Both the position numbers and the translations under genes were made by a program. Source: Nitrososphaerota archaeon (GTDB lineage: Archaea; Thermoproteota; Nitrososphaeria; Nitrososphaerales; Nitrosopumilaceae). Taken from it: a stretch of 22,466 bases of DNA. Position 1 is the first letter of the stretch. Each line of letters opens with the position of its first letter. Below the pieces are notes generated by a model. It did not search any database. It worked only from the letters and a program-made list of their open reading frames with translations, and was not told the origin of the DNA. This document shows positions 1 to 8,083 of the stretch, piece by piece. The stretch lies in the NCBI GenBank assembly GCA_022573895.1, contig JACZTB010000029.1:1-22466 (forward strand). Direction: 5' to 3'.

Positions 1-98
1 AACATGATCATATGAAGATGGATGCAATTGCAGCATTATCAGACCAAGTACTAGAGTTAACTAAAGAATTGCAAAAATTAAAAAAATCAAAGAAATGA
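1..98 (+). CDS. 3' end of a CDS running off the left edge (unknown; Leu/Lys-rich, coiled-coil-like C-terminus)
   Basis: The frame is open from position 3 to TGA at 96-98 and reads ..HDHMKMDAIAALSDQVLELTKELQKLKKSKK*. It is too short to assign a family. Confidence 0.3.
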   Translation, partial: HDHMKMDAIAALSDQVLELTKELQKLKKSKK

Positions 99-99
99 A

Positions 100-723
100 T
101 TAAAATACAGTTTTGTTTAACCTTTGTTTTATTTCATTTGTTCGTCTCTTAATACTGATAATATTCTGTGCCAAGGATTCTTTCCTTGGTACAACTAATT
201 CATTCTGAATTCTTGGGTCCAATGGATTTTTACTATGATATGCATTCTCTACGTTGAGTGCTTCTTTTAGTATTGATTTTACACTCTTTGGTTTTATTCC
301 ACGTAGCTGCTGATCTGGAAATGATTGATTTGGATACTTTATGTATGATTGATCTTTTTCATCGAACCAATACAGACGAGTCCCTCTTTGTTGTCCACTG
401 TATTTTTGAACCCTGAATTTTATCCTCCCAGAATTATATGGAATTAATTCTGAATAGTGACGAGGATGGATTGCTTGTCCAAGATTGTAAAGCTTGGTCC
501 AGTTATTGAATGACCACTGTTTGAAACCTTCGTCTTTTTTAGAATATTCCCAGATTAATTGCAGATCTTCGGCAGATGCTTCTATACGAAATAGAAGAAA
601 TTTTAGAAATTCACTTCTCTGCTTTGGAGTAAAACTGCCTTTAGTCAGTAGATTGCGTTCATTATCAGTTAGAATGCCTATTCTTCTACTCCTTTGCTTT
701 TTAGATGAATTACTAATACCCAA
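100..723 (-). CDS. hypothetical protein, 207 aa, basic N-terminus
   Basis: This is the longest ORF in the region and has a basic N-terminus (KKQRSRR). No Met codon occurs anywhere in frame, so the start must be TTG (721-723) or the nearby CTG. No family was recognised. It is divergent from the AbrB-type gene. Confidence 0.4.
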   Translation of the reverse strand: MGISNSSKKQRSRRIGILTDNERNLLTKGSFTPKQRSEFLKFLLFRIEASAEDLQLIWEYSKKDEGFKQWSFNNWTKLYNLGQAIHPRHYSELIPYNSGRIKFRVQKYSGQQRGTRLYWFDEKDQSYIKYPNQSFPDQQLRGIKPKSVKSILKEALNVENAYHSKNPLDPRIQNELVVPRKESLAQNIISIKRRTNEIKQRLNKTVF

Positions 724-777
724 TAGCAGTAGTTTATAGGAATTACATTATTTATCAAAGTTTGGTAATTTCTGATA

Positions 778-939
778 ATGGTGAGACATCAATATAGAAA
801 AATTCAAGGCATTGTTGGAGATGCATCATTTAGCTTAGTACTTCCCAAACAATTTGCATTAAATTTAGGAATTGGAAAGGGTGACTTTGTTAAAGTATAC
901 CAACAAGATAATCGTATTATCATCGAGAAGGCAGATTAG
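778..939 (+). CDS. AbrB/SpoVT-type (looped-hinge-helix) small DNA-binding protein, 53 aa; below the ORF-track size cutoff
   Basis: My own translation is MVRHQYRKIQGIVGDASFSLVLPKQFALNLGIGKGDFVKVYQQDNRIIIEKAD*. The segment '..SLVLPK.FA..LGI.KGD.V.V....N.III.K' is the typical SpoVT-AbrB domain pattern. ATG start, TAG stop at 937-939. Confidence 0.6.
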   Translation: MVRHQYRKIQGIVGDASFSLVLPKQFALNLGIGKGDFVKVYQQDNRIIIEKAD

Positions 940-1025
940 AGAGATGAGAATTTTTTCTCTCCCTGACAACACTAAACGTCGGCAAATTATTTCTCTCTGA
1001 GCTTAAAGGGGAGTTAGCATCTAAC

Positions 1026-1628
1026 TTGTATGCCAAACAACTCAGTCACGCTATGAAGATGAAGCTTAATCCTTACATCGTAGCTAGAGACTATCCTAAT
1101 GAAGAAGAAGAACAAGTTTGTTGCTACTGCGAACAACGATTTATCTCTACTGATCCCAGATGGAAAAGAACCTATGAACATCTAGACTGTAACCATGAAA
1201 ATAATTCTGGATGGAACATAGCGTACGCCCATTTCAAATGTAATCAGGACAAGAAGACAAACGTAGATTATCAATTTATTGCACATGACCTAATCAAGAA
1301 AAATAAAGAATGGGATGAGAACAATGATTTCGAGTTTACGAGAGAGAGAAATAAAATCTTCAACACAGATGAACCCACAGAGATAGATCTTAATGTGGCA
1401 CACAGGAAAATTACAGAAGAGTTTCTTGCCGAAAAATTATCAGTAGATGAAAAACTCGATTTTATTGATACAATAAATTGCATCACACTTAGATGTGAAA
1501 ATCAAACAGGTCATGGATCAAAACAATCCGTCAGAAATTATCTTGATGTATTATCCTGTAGTGAGGGCAAATATAGAAAATTCAAGGAAGGCGGTAAGAC
1601 TTGGATCTCCAAAAGGTTGGGACAATAG
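1026..1628 (+). CDS. HNH endonuclease-domain protein
   Basis: CCYCEQRF...RTYEHLDCNHENNSGWNIAYAHFKCNQDKK fits the HNH pattern (CxxC ... EH ... N ... N ... AH..CN..K). The track start is TTG; the first ATG is at 1053. The C-terminal ~110 aa are unassigned. Confidence 0.6.
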   Translation: MYAKQLSHAMKMKLNPYIVARDYPNEEEEQVCCYCEQRFISTDPRWKRTYEHLDCNHENNSGWNIAYAHFKCNQDKKTNVDYQFIAHDLIKKNKEWDENNDFEFTRERNKIFNTDEPTEIDLNVAHRKITEEFLAEKLSVDEKLDFIDTINCITLRCENQTGHGSKQSVRNYLDVLSCSEGKYRKFKEGGKTWISKRLGQ

Positions 1629-1815
1629 AATAAACTAGATTTGACATCTAAAAGGGAACTTTATCGTCTATGGAAAATTAATTGGGGGTGGGGGTCGTGC
1701 CTAGCCACGCCTAGATAATGGTCATTTTAGGCCCAAAATTGATGCAAAAATGGGTAATCTAGGGCCATTTTTGGGCGTTTTTTGATGCATAACAGAACAT
1801 GTGGGGTATTGAACT

Positions 1816-1847
1816 CCTCATGCAATTCTCTATGAGGGATTTTTTTT
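1816..1847 (+). terminator. hairpin followed by a T8 run (candidate transcript end)
   Basis: CCTCAT (1816-1821) pairs with ATGAGG (1832-1837) around a 10-nt loop, followed by 8 consecutive T at 1840-1847. Oligo-T is the usual archaeal termination signal. Confidence 0.3.
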
Positions 1848-1932
1848 ACAAAAGAGATTATCGATAATCAGTAAAAAGGCAGAGCCCCCCTCTTACGAAT
1901 GAAAATAAGACGGTTGTCGTAATGCTTAAGAA

Positions 1933-2634
1933 TTAATTTTCATGGATGATTTTTTGAAGAAGAAGATCCCCTTCTCTTAATTCAATTTTTTTATCTAGAG
2001 AAAATTCTAAATCCTGAGAGATATGATCTGGAAAGAATGCACCTACAACATTTGCACCTAGATTTTTCACAGAATTTACAATTTCTACAAAATCAGCATC
2101 ACCTGCTAGCAGAATTGCAGTATTGTACTGTCCTTCAAAGCCTTTTGTAATCATATCTATTGCAATCAGACTATCTACTCCTTTTTGTCTCCACACCCAA
2201 TTTTTCTTGTTTTCAATTCCTCCAGTGGTAGATAACACATGTCGCCCTAATCGAACTTCATAAAGTTCTAAATCTTTGATTTTTTTAACATATTCTTCTT
2301 GTTTTTGTTCTTTAACTGAAAGCATATCTCCAGCACTTCTAATAACTTGCATATCTTCTTCAGTTTCTTGATTGAGATTGTTTACATCCTTAATACTTGC
2401 AATTCCATCATAATAATAAATTCGAATTACATGAGCTGCAAATCTTGTATCTAACCTACCATTGTCTCTCAAAAAACTGGCAAGAATTTGATAATTAATG
2501 TCATCATTATCAACCAAATTTTTTACATTTTTTCTAAGATAGCCCCCATCAATGAAGATCATTATGTTGTTGGCACCAGCAAATCCTGGACTGCTTTTAT
2601 AATTACCCATAATACCGATTTTGATGCATCTCAT
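1933..2634 (-). CDS. NYN-domain (LabA-like, PIN-related) putative ribonuclease, paralog 1
   Basis: The conserved blocks are IMIFIDGGYL.KN, IRIYYYDG, RQKGVDSLIAIDM and ILLAGDADFVEIVNSVKNLGANVVGAFF, which carry the NYN acidic residues (FIDG / GVD / AGDxDF). ATG occurs at 2634 and at 2610; alignment with the paralog at 9051 favours 2610. It lies on the same strand as the TIR-like gene and 57-81 nt downstream of it. Confidence 0.75.
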   Translation of the reverse strand: MRCIKIGIMGNYKSSPGFAGANNIMIFIDGGYLRKNVKNLVDNDDINYQILASFLRDNGRLDTRFAAHVIRIYYYDGIASIKDVNNLNQETEEDMQVIRSAGDMLSVKEQKQEEYVKKIKDLELYEVRLGRHVLSTTGGIENKKNWVWRQKGVDSLIAIDMITKGFEGQYNTAILLAGDADFVEIVNSVKNLGANVVGAFFPDHISQDLEFSLDKKIELREGDLLLQKIIHEN

Positions 2635-2690
2635 ATTTTAATGAGTTTTTATCAGAATATGTTAGTAAATCACATATTGTAAAATTTGGA

Positions 2691-3908
2691 TTATTTTTTA
2701 TTATAATAATTTATTAATTCTTGATTAATAGTTCCATCATTATTATAGCAAAGAGCAAATTCTAAACCATACGCATTTGCTATTTTATCCGAAAATTCTC
2801 TAGTTAATTCTTTAATTTTTTTATCAGTAAGGGAATTTAGATTTAGGTGTTTTTTAATTTGAATATTAGTTTTTTCAGTTTTTGGTTTTGATACATCCCA
2901 GTATGAAGTCCACGGTTCAGACCATTTTGCATTGTTATCTGTACTTCCTCCAAACCCCATCAGCATTAGACTATTTGCATTTCTTATGGATAAAGAGATA
3001 TCAAATTCTCCATCGTATGCCATGTATTCACAATATTTTCTATAGAATAGTAAAAATGCCCAAAATGCACCACTCATCCAACATAGATGTAAGAGAATGG
3101 CATCAGAAAGTTCACTTCCGTGAAACGGATAGATCAAAGGATCTGTAAATCCTTGTTCAACAAATCCATTTGAATTAAACTCCAAATATCTTGAATATTC
3201 ACTAGGGTGATCATAAAAATAAGATACAGTATCCAATCCTATTTTTTTGGTTCCTTTGTAAAATACTAATCGTGAATTTTCAAGTTCTATACTTCGAAAT
3301 TTTTCTAACCATTCTTCAAAATTTCTTGAATTTACAGGAAGATCATCTAATAAATTTGTAGGAGATGCTGAAAATAATACAAATGGTTGTTCTACTTCAG
3401 CTAAATGTGGCAATCTATTACGAAGTTTTTTTGAATTTGGATTTATTCCAAAATGACTTGAGTTTTGATCAAGCAGATATCTTTTTTGAAGAAATGTTTG
3501 GAATGTTTCATTAGTAGTTTTTATGGTAGTTTTTGGTAATTTTTCTAAATAACCTAATACTCTTTTGCATGAATTTTCAAAGTCTTCTTTTGTGAAAATT
3601 TCTTTTTCTCGTTCATGAGACAATACTCCATCAGTCGCATCTTGTTCTAGCATAATTGTAACTGATTTCTTACCTACAATTGCATATCCTATCTCTTCAT
3701 GAACTGATGGTGAGTACATGTCTTTTGTAATAATTGCAACAAGTGCTCGAGAATCATCAATGGCAGTAGTTATTTTGTTGTAAAGTGTAGAATCGTATTT
3801 TTGATCAAGATCAAAGAGATAACCATCAATATCTTTCTCTTTTAGAATATCTCTCAAAGTATAAGCTAATTGTGAATCTTTAGAATCAAAACTAATGAAA
3901 ACTTTCAT
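2691..3908 (-). CDS. TIR-like domain protein (N-terminal TIR-like domain, ~270-aa unrecognised C-terminal domain)
   Basis: The N-terminus MKVFISFDSKDSQLAYTLRDILKEKDIDGYLFD...ITTAIDDSRALVAIITKDMYSPSVHEEIGYAI matches the TIR_2/DUF1863-type pattern (vFISy..D ... ai..s..vv.iit......S......E.g.A). A conserved Glu sits in the position of the NADase catalytic Glu. ATG start. Confidence 0.65.
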   Translation of the reverse strand: MKVFISFDSKDSQLAYTLRDILKEKDIDGYLFDLDQKYDSTLYNKITTAIDDSRALVAIITKDMYSPSVHEEIGYAIVGKKSVTIMLEQDATDGVLSHEREKEIFTKEDFENSCKRVLGYLEKLPKTTIKTTNETFQTFLQKRYLLDQNSSHFGINPNSKKLRNRLPHLAEVEQPFVLFSASPTNLLDDLPVNSRNFEEWLEKFRSIELENSRLVFYKGTKKIGLDTVSYFYDHPSEYSRYLEFNSNGFVEQGFTDPLIYPFHGSELSDAILLHLCWMSGAFWAFLLFYRKYCEYMAYDGEFDISLSIRNANSLMLMGFGGSTDNNAKWSEPWTSYWDVSKPKTEKTNIQIKKHLNLNSLTDKKIKELTREFSDKIANAYGLEFALCYNNDGTINQELINYYNKK

Positions 3909-3944
3909 GAAATTCTTTTCTGATCTTAGATATTTGAAGTTTCA

Positions 3945-4235
3945 ATGACTAAATTAAGACCAATTCAAGCACTACATCTAGCAAATACTCTCAAAAAATC
4001 AACTGAATGGAAGATTCAGGTATATGAAAAATCCATTCTTTCAGGTACAGACGATAGTTTTACAAGCTTTTGTCGTACTATGAAAGAAACAGAAGATATA
4101 GAATTGAGAATGATTAGTGGTTTGATTGAGTTTATCAAATCAGAATCCAAAACATCCTGTAAACACCCAAAGAAAATACAAGATACTGATCCTAATGGTG
4201 CAGTATATTGTATGAAGTGTGGAGAGGATATTTAA
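3945..4235 (+). CDS. small hypothetical protein, 96 aa, with a C-terminal Cys/His cluster (possible zinc knuckle)
   Basis: ATG start. The C-terminus is ...SCKHPKKIQDTDPNGAVYCMKCGEDI (C-x-H ... C-x2-C). It lies 74 nt upstream of the OLD gene on the same strand and 36 nt from the divergent TIR-like start. Confidence 0.45.
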   Translation: MTKLRPIQALHLANTLKKSTEWKIQVYEKSILSGTDDSFTSFCRTMKETEDIELRMISGLIEFIKSESKTSCKHPKKIQDTDPNGAVYCMKCGEDI

Positions 4236-4282
4236 TTCCAATTTTTTTCTCAAGTCGTATCTGACAGGTGTTTTACTAGATA

Positions 4283-4296
4283 ATCATATAATATAC
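4283..4296 (+). promoter_or_regulatory. TATA-like box upstream of the OLD gene (suggests a leaderless or short-leader mRNA)
   Basis: atcatataatatac lies 13-26 nt upstream of the ATG at 4309, and there is no purine-rich SD between them. Confidence 0.3.
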
Positions 4297-4308
4297 AAAT
4301 GATACATT

Positions 4309-6522
4309 ATGAATATGCAAATAATACAACTTAAATTAAAAAATTTTTTGTCGTTTGGTAATTCAGAACAAACCATTGATTTTTCAGAATTCAATACTAT
4401 TGTAGGTCCAAATGATACTGGTAAAACAAATATTTTTCGTGCAATCAACTTAATTCATTTATTGTTAAATGAACGCGTTACACCCTCAGAATCCTATTAT
4501 CATAACAAAAATTTTGAAAAACCATTTCACATTGAATTAAAAATTAAACTTAACAAAGAAGAAAAAAATGCAATTAGAAATTATTTTATTTCAACTTGTT
4601 TGAATAGAGAATTTTCTGGAACTAATGAAGTAAAAATGCGTTCTGAAAAAATCATAGAAACTATCATGAGTAAATATAGTCATAAATTATTTGATGAGTT
4701 ATATGAAGAAATTACTATTGTGGTTACTACATCTAGAGTGAACCATCCTCCAGACATATTTTTAAAAATTCATAAAAATGATAAAATTATTAATTGTGAT
4801 TATGGTGATTTTGGAAAAAATCGTCCAGCTAAAAGAGGAGGGTATTCATTATCTGCATTAGCACAAGTGATTTTAACAGACATCGCAAATAGTTTTTCTG
4901 TTATAAATAATATTATTGAACATGGGAAAGGAAAAATCCCAAAGCTAGATGAATGGGAATTTTCATTATTTGACTATATTTATGATAATACAAATGCAAA
5001 AAATTTTGTATCCGTAGGAGGTTTCAGATTTGACGATTATGAATCTAGGCATGAGAATAATAATTCATTTTTGAGATTAAGAGAATTTGTAGAAAAAATT
5101 GTTCCAGATCAAGAATCAGTTAGTTTTCAAACTTTAATTGGATTGATTCTAAGAAATTCTATTGTCAGAACTATAGATATACGTTCTAGACCAAAATCCA
5201 TTTTGAATCCAAGGGATTTGGAATATCAAAATGAAATGATCAGCATATCTGGAGAAAATATTGTTAAAATACTAATGTCAATGCAACATAGTAAAAATCC
5301 CGACATAAAATCATGTTATCAAACAATTCAAAAAAATTTTAAAATTTTGACAAAAAATATTGAACTTGAAATTACATTAGAACCAAAAATATCTAAAACT
5401 CAATCAAAAGAACTAATGGAATATTCCGATGATTCCACATACATTGACAATAGACAAACATTAGGAACACTTACAAAAGAAAAAGAGACAATTAATCAAG
5501 AGTTCGGAATTCAATTAGTCAAAAACAAAATACCAATTCCATTAGAGTTTGCATCATCTGGAACTATGGAACTAATTAGTTTGTTAACTGCGTTAATAGG
5601 ACAAAAAAATAAAGTAATACTTTTAGATGAACCTGCATTAAATTTACATTCAATTCTACAAAGACGTGTTTTACAATTAATTCAAGAAGCTGTAACAAAA
5701 AATAATAATCAAGTGATAATGATTACACATTCTCCATATTTGGTCAATCCTGAAAAAATCAGAAATTTGTGGAAATTTTCTCCTTCAAAATCAGGAACGA
5801 AAGTAATCAATGTAAATCAGGCTTTAGGAGATTTTAATGAAAATGACCAGAAGAAAACTATTCAAAGACTACATAATTCTGAAGTTAGAGCAATTCTTTT
5901 TCAACATGGTGTGATATTTGTTGAGGGTCCATCTGATAAAATGGTTCTAGAAAAAATAGATAGACATATGACGGATAATAATCTCAAAGGACCAAATATT
6001 GAAGAACATGAATGGATGGTATTAGATGTAGGAGGAAAAGATTCTATGCCTCTATTTATCAACATGGCCAAGAGACTGAAACTCCCACACACATCAATCA
6101 TGGATTTTGACAGTCTTATGCAATGTACTAGAAGAATAAAATTGGAAAAAGACGATGTACGAACTTCCTCAATTATCGGATATATTGAGAAAACAGATGG
6201 ATTATCAAAACAAGAACAAAATCTAATAAAAAAACTCGAGAATAAAATAATTAAAACACAAAAAAAGAACAATGAAAATAGAATTCAATTTTGGTATCCT
6301 GATGAAGCCTTAAAGCAATTAAACAAAATTACTCTAGCACATAACATGTATGTTCTTACGAAAGATTTGGAGAATGCAATTAGGATAATTGCCACTCCAA
6401 GAGACAGCAAGCCATTAAAAGCATTAGAACAAATCAATGATTTGCTATCTCAAAATAAAATTCCATCGGAATTGAAAAACACTATGAAGTTTATTAAAAC
6501 AAAAATAAAAACAAGAAAATGA
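4309..6522 (+). CDS. OLD-family nuclease (N-terminal ABC/AAA-type ATPase fused to a C-terminal TOPRIM domain)
   Basis: Walker A is GPNDTGKTN (aa 33-41). A signature-like motif ASSGTMELISLL is present, along with Walker B VILLDEPALNLH and H-loop ITHSPY. The TOPRIM part reads GVIFVEGPSDKMVLEKI ... VLDVGGKDSMPLFINMAKRLKLP..IMDFDSL (E ... G ... DxD). No UvrD-type helicase gene is adjacent. Confidence 0.85.
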   Translation: MNMQIIQLKLKNFLSFGNSEQTIDFSEFNTIVGPNDTGKTNIFRAINLIHLLLNERVTPSESYYHNKNFEKPFHIELKIKLNKEEKNAIRNYFISTCLNREFSGTNEVKMRSEKIIETIMSKYSHKLFDELYEEITIVVTTSRVNHPPDIFLKIHKNDKIINCDYGDFGKNRPAKRGGYSLSALAQVILTDIANSFSVINNIIEHGKGKIPKLDEWEFSLFDYIYDNTNAKNFVSVGGFRFDDYESRHENNNSFLRLREFVEKIVPDQESVSFQTLIGLILRNSIVRTIDIRSRPKSILNPRDLEYQNEMISISGENIVKILMSMQHSKNPDIKSCYQTIQKNFKILTKNIELEITLEPKISKTQSKELMEYSDDSTYIDNRQTLGTLTKEKETINQEFGIQLVKNKIPIPLEFASSGTMELISLLTALIGQKNKVILLDEPALNLHSILQRRVLQLIQEAVTKNNNQVIMITHSPYLVNPEKIRNLWKFSPSKSGTKVINVNQALGDFNENDQKKTIQRLHNSEVRAILFQHGVIFVEGPSDKMVLEKIDRHMTDNNLKGPNIEEHEWMVLDVGGKDSMPLFINMAKRLKLPHTSIMDFDSLMQCTRRIKLEKDDVRTSSIIGYIEKTDGLSKQEQNLIKKLENKIIKTQKKNNENRIQFWYPDEALKQLNKITLAHNMYVLTKDLENAIRIIATPRDSKPLKALEQINDLLSQNKIPSELKNTMKFIKTKIKTRK

Positions 6523-6539
6523 TTAGATCTGGGTGAATT

Positions 6540-7670
6540 TTATTTTAGAATTGGAACAGAACAACTAGTTTCATCAATATTTTGCAGCAGATGAACTAGT
6601 TCTATATATTCGGATTCCATTTGTTGTATACTTTTGTTTTTAGCATTATATCCTACAATAAATTTTTCTGCCAATTCAACATTTGTATCATCACATTGAA
6701 TACTAGTTAAATAATTCAAAGAAACTAATTCTCCATTTAATCTAAATGCTTTTTCATCTAATAATTCTTCAGGAGTTTTGTTTACAAAGTATTGTACAAA
6801 TAATAATTCTGAATCATATCCTGCATCAGTTCTATCATTAACATCAATTGCAATATTCAAAACAATTTTTGCAATTTCTAATCCTGCGTTAGGATCTTTT
6901 TTGATAACCATATGTGCCAATATTGCATAATCTTTAATCAGATTACATTTTTGCTCATCCATTTTTAGTTCACAAAATTCGTCAATTGATACTAGTTGAC
7001 CATCTTCCATTTGGATAATAGGTATTGAAAACACATAGCCTGATTCAAAGACTACTTTCAGCCAGTATTCGTTTGGGTTATCCATCCATTGTAGTTCGGG
7101 ATTCATTTCAAAAAATTGGTCTTTATGTTCTTTAAGCGTGATTTGTTCTCCTGTTCTCTCATCTGTGGTGTAAAATCTATTCAATAATTCATCAGATGCA
7201 AAAACAACAATCTCTTCTTTTGAATCAAATTGACTAATCTCTTGTGCATATACTAATTGAGACATCTCCTTTATTGCGATTTGCTGTAATTGTAACGCAA
7301 TTTCTGAGACATACGTGGCATATTCACTTTGTTCAATTGTTTCTAAAGAGTCAAGTAATCTGGTTCGCTCATTCAAGTAATTCGTTAAAATCAAATCTTT
7401 AATTTCTGGAAACCATTCTGATAAAGTTCTATATACTTCAGGATTGAGTTTTTGAAGTTCTAGAAGATCTACGCTAATCTCAGATAGTAAAGTTTGATCT
7501 AATGTGTTATAATAAAACTGTTGAATGATGATTGGTAATTTTTGTGAAAAATCGAAAATTTTCTTTTGTGTGTCAATAAAATCGTCATCAAACCATCCTG
7601 CACTTGCATTTTGGATCGGTAAAAGTAGAATTAATCCTGCTAAGATGAGACCATAGATCTTCTTTTGCAC
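6540..7670 (-). CDS. hypothetical secreted protein, 376 aa
   Basis: The N-terminal signal-peptide-like segment is MQKKIYGLILAGLILLLPIQNASA|GW. GTG start. The mature part is acidic and no family was recognised. Confidence 0.6.
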   Translation of the reverse strand: MQKKIYGLILAGLILLLPIQNASAGWFDDDFIDTQKKIFDFSQKLPIIIQQFYYNTLDQTLLSEISVDLLELQKLNPEVYRTLSEWFPEIKDLILTNYLNERTRLLDSLETIEQSEYATYVSEIALQLQQIAIKEMSQLVYAQEISQFDSKEEIVVFASDELLNRFYTTDERTGEQITLKEHKDQFFEMNPELQWMDNPNEYWLKVVFESGYVFSIPIIQMEDGQLVSIDEFCELKMDEQKCNLIKDYAILAHMVIKKDPNAGLEIAKIVLNIAIDVNDRTDAGYDSELLFVQYFVNKTPEELLDEKAFRLNGELVSLNYLTSIQCDDTNVELAEKFIVGYNAKNKSIQQMESEYIELVHLLQNIDETSCSVPILK

Positions 7671-7740
7671 TAATTTTCGTCAATTTAACTTCAATTTAAA
7701 GCAGAACTGTATCACAAATCTTAATTTTGATCCATGTTTT

Positions 7741-7983
7741 CTAAAAAATATTGAAAAAATTTGAGGATATTGGTAATGATTCATTACAGATGTTATCATT
7801 AATGTTTTTTATTGTTCCAAGCCAAGTTCTTTTGCGATCACCGTTCAAGTTGATCTCTCTGGTATGCTGTGAGAACTTTCCAATATTCTTAATATCGTTT
7901 TGAATAATTGATGATCGTAATTGTCCTGCTCTTAACACCTTAAACTTGTAAAACAATTTCCCATCTTTTTCTATTGTATCCAT
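7741..7983 (-). CDS. hypothetical protein, 80 aa
   Basis: This is the only ORF in the interval, it has an ATG start, and it is on the same strand as the upstream secreted-protein gene. No motif was recognised. Confidence 0.3.
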   Translation of the reverse strand: MDTIEKDGKLFYKFKVLRAGQLRSSIIQNDIKNIGKFSQHTREINLNGDRKRTWLGTIKNINDNICNESLPISSNFFNIF

Positions 7984-8083
7984 ATGTTCAATTTCTTTTG
8001 ATCCTAATTTTCCTAATCCTATACAAGATTACGTAAAATTAACTGTTAATGGTTAATAGTAAAAAAAGAAAATATGCATTAGA

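Noticed and set aside
494-739. 81-aa plus-strand ORF
   Set aside because: It lies almost entirely antisense within the longer 100..723 ORF and has a low-complexity Leu/Ser/Arg-rich composition typical of shadow frames in AT-rich DNA. The same reasoning applies to 1271..1486, 2488..2682, 2882..3148, 5901..6272, 17703..17906, 18220..18651, 19205..19423, 21455..21649, 21698..21913 and 22022..22264.
1640-1932. tRNA gene or att site marking an integration junction
   Set aside because: I could not fold any cloverleaf (acceptor stem with T-arm GTTC-type motif) from this segment, and I saw no matching direct repeat elsewhere in the window. It is kept only as a structured non-coding candidate.
1933-3908. 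Canonical Thoeris (ThsA/ThsB)
   Set aside because: A TIR-like protein is present, but no SIR2, SLOG, Macro or TM-type ThsA effector was recognised in the window. The partner is an NYN nuclease, so it is reported as a candidate new pairing rather than as Thoeris.
4309-6522. Gabija (GajA/GajB) or PARIS (AriA/AriB) assignment for the ATPase-TOPRIM gene
   Set aside because: No UvrD-like helicase gene (GajB) and no separate TOPRIM/DUF4435 gene are adjacent. Only the generic OLD-family call is supported from sequence. A fused-PARIS-like relationship cannot be decided without profile searches.
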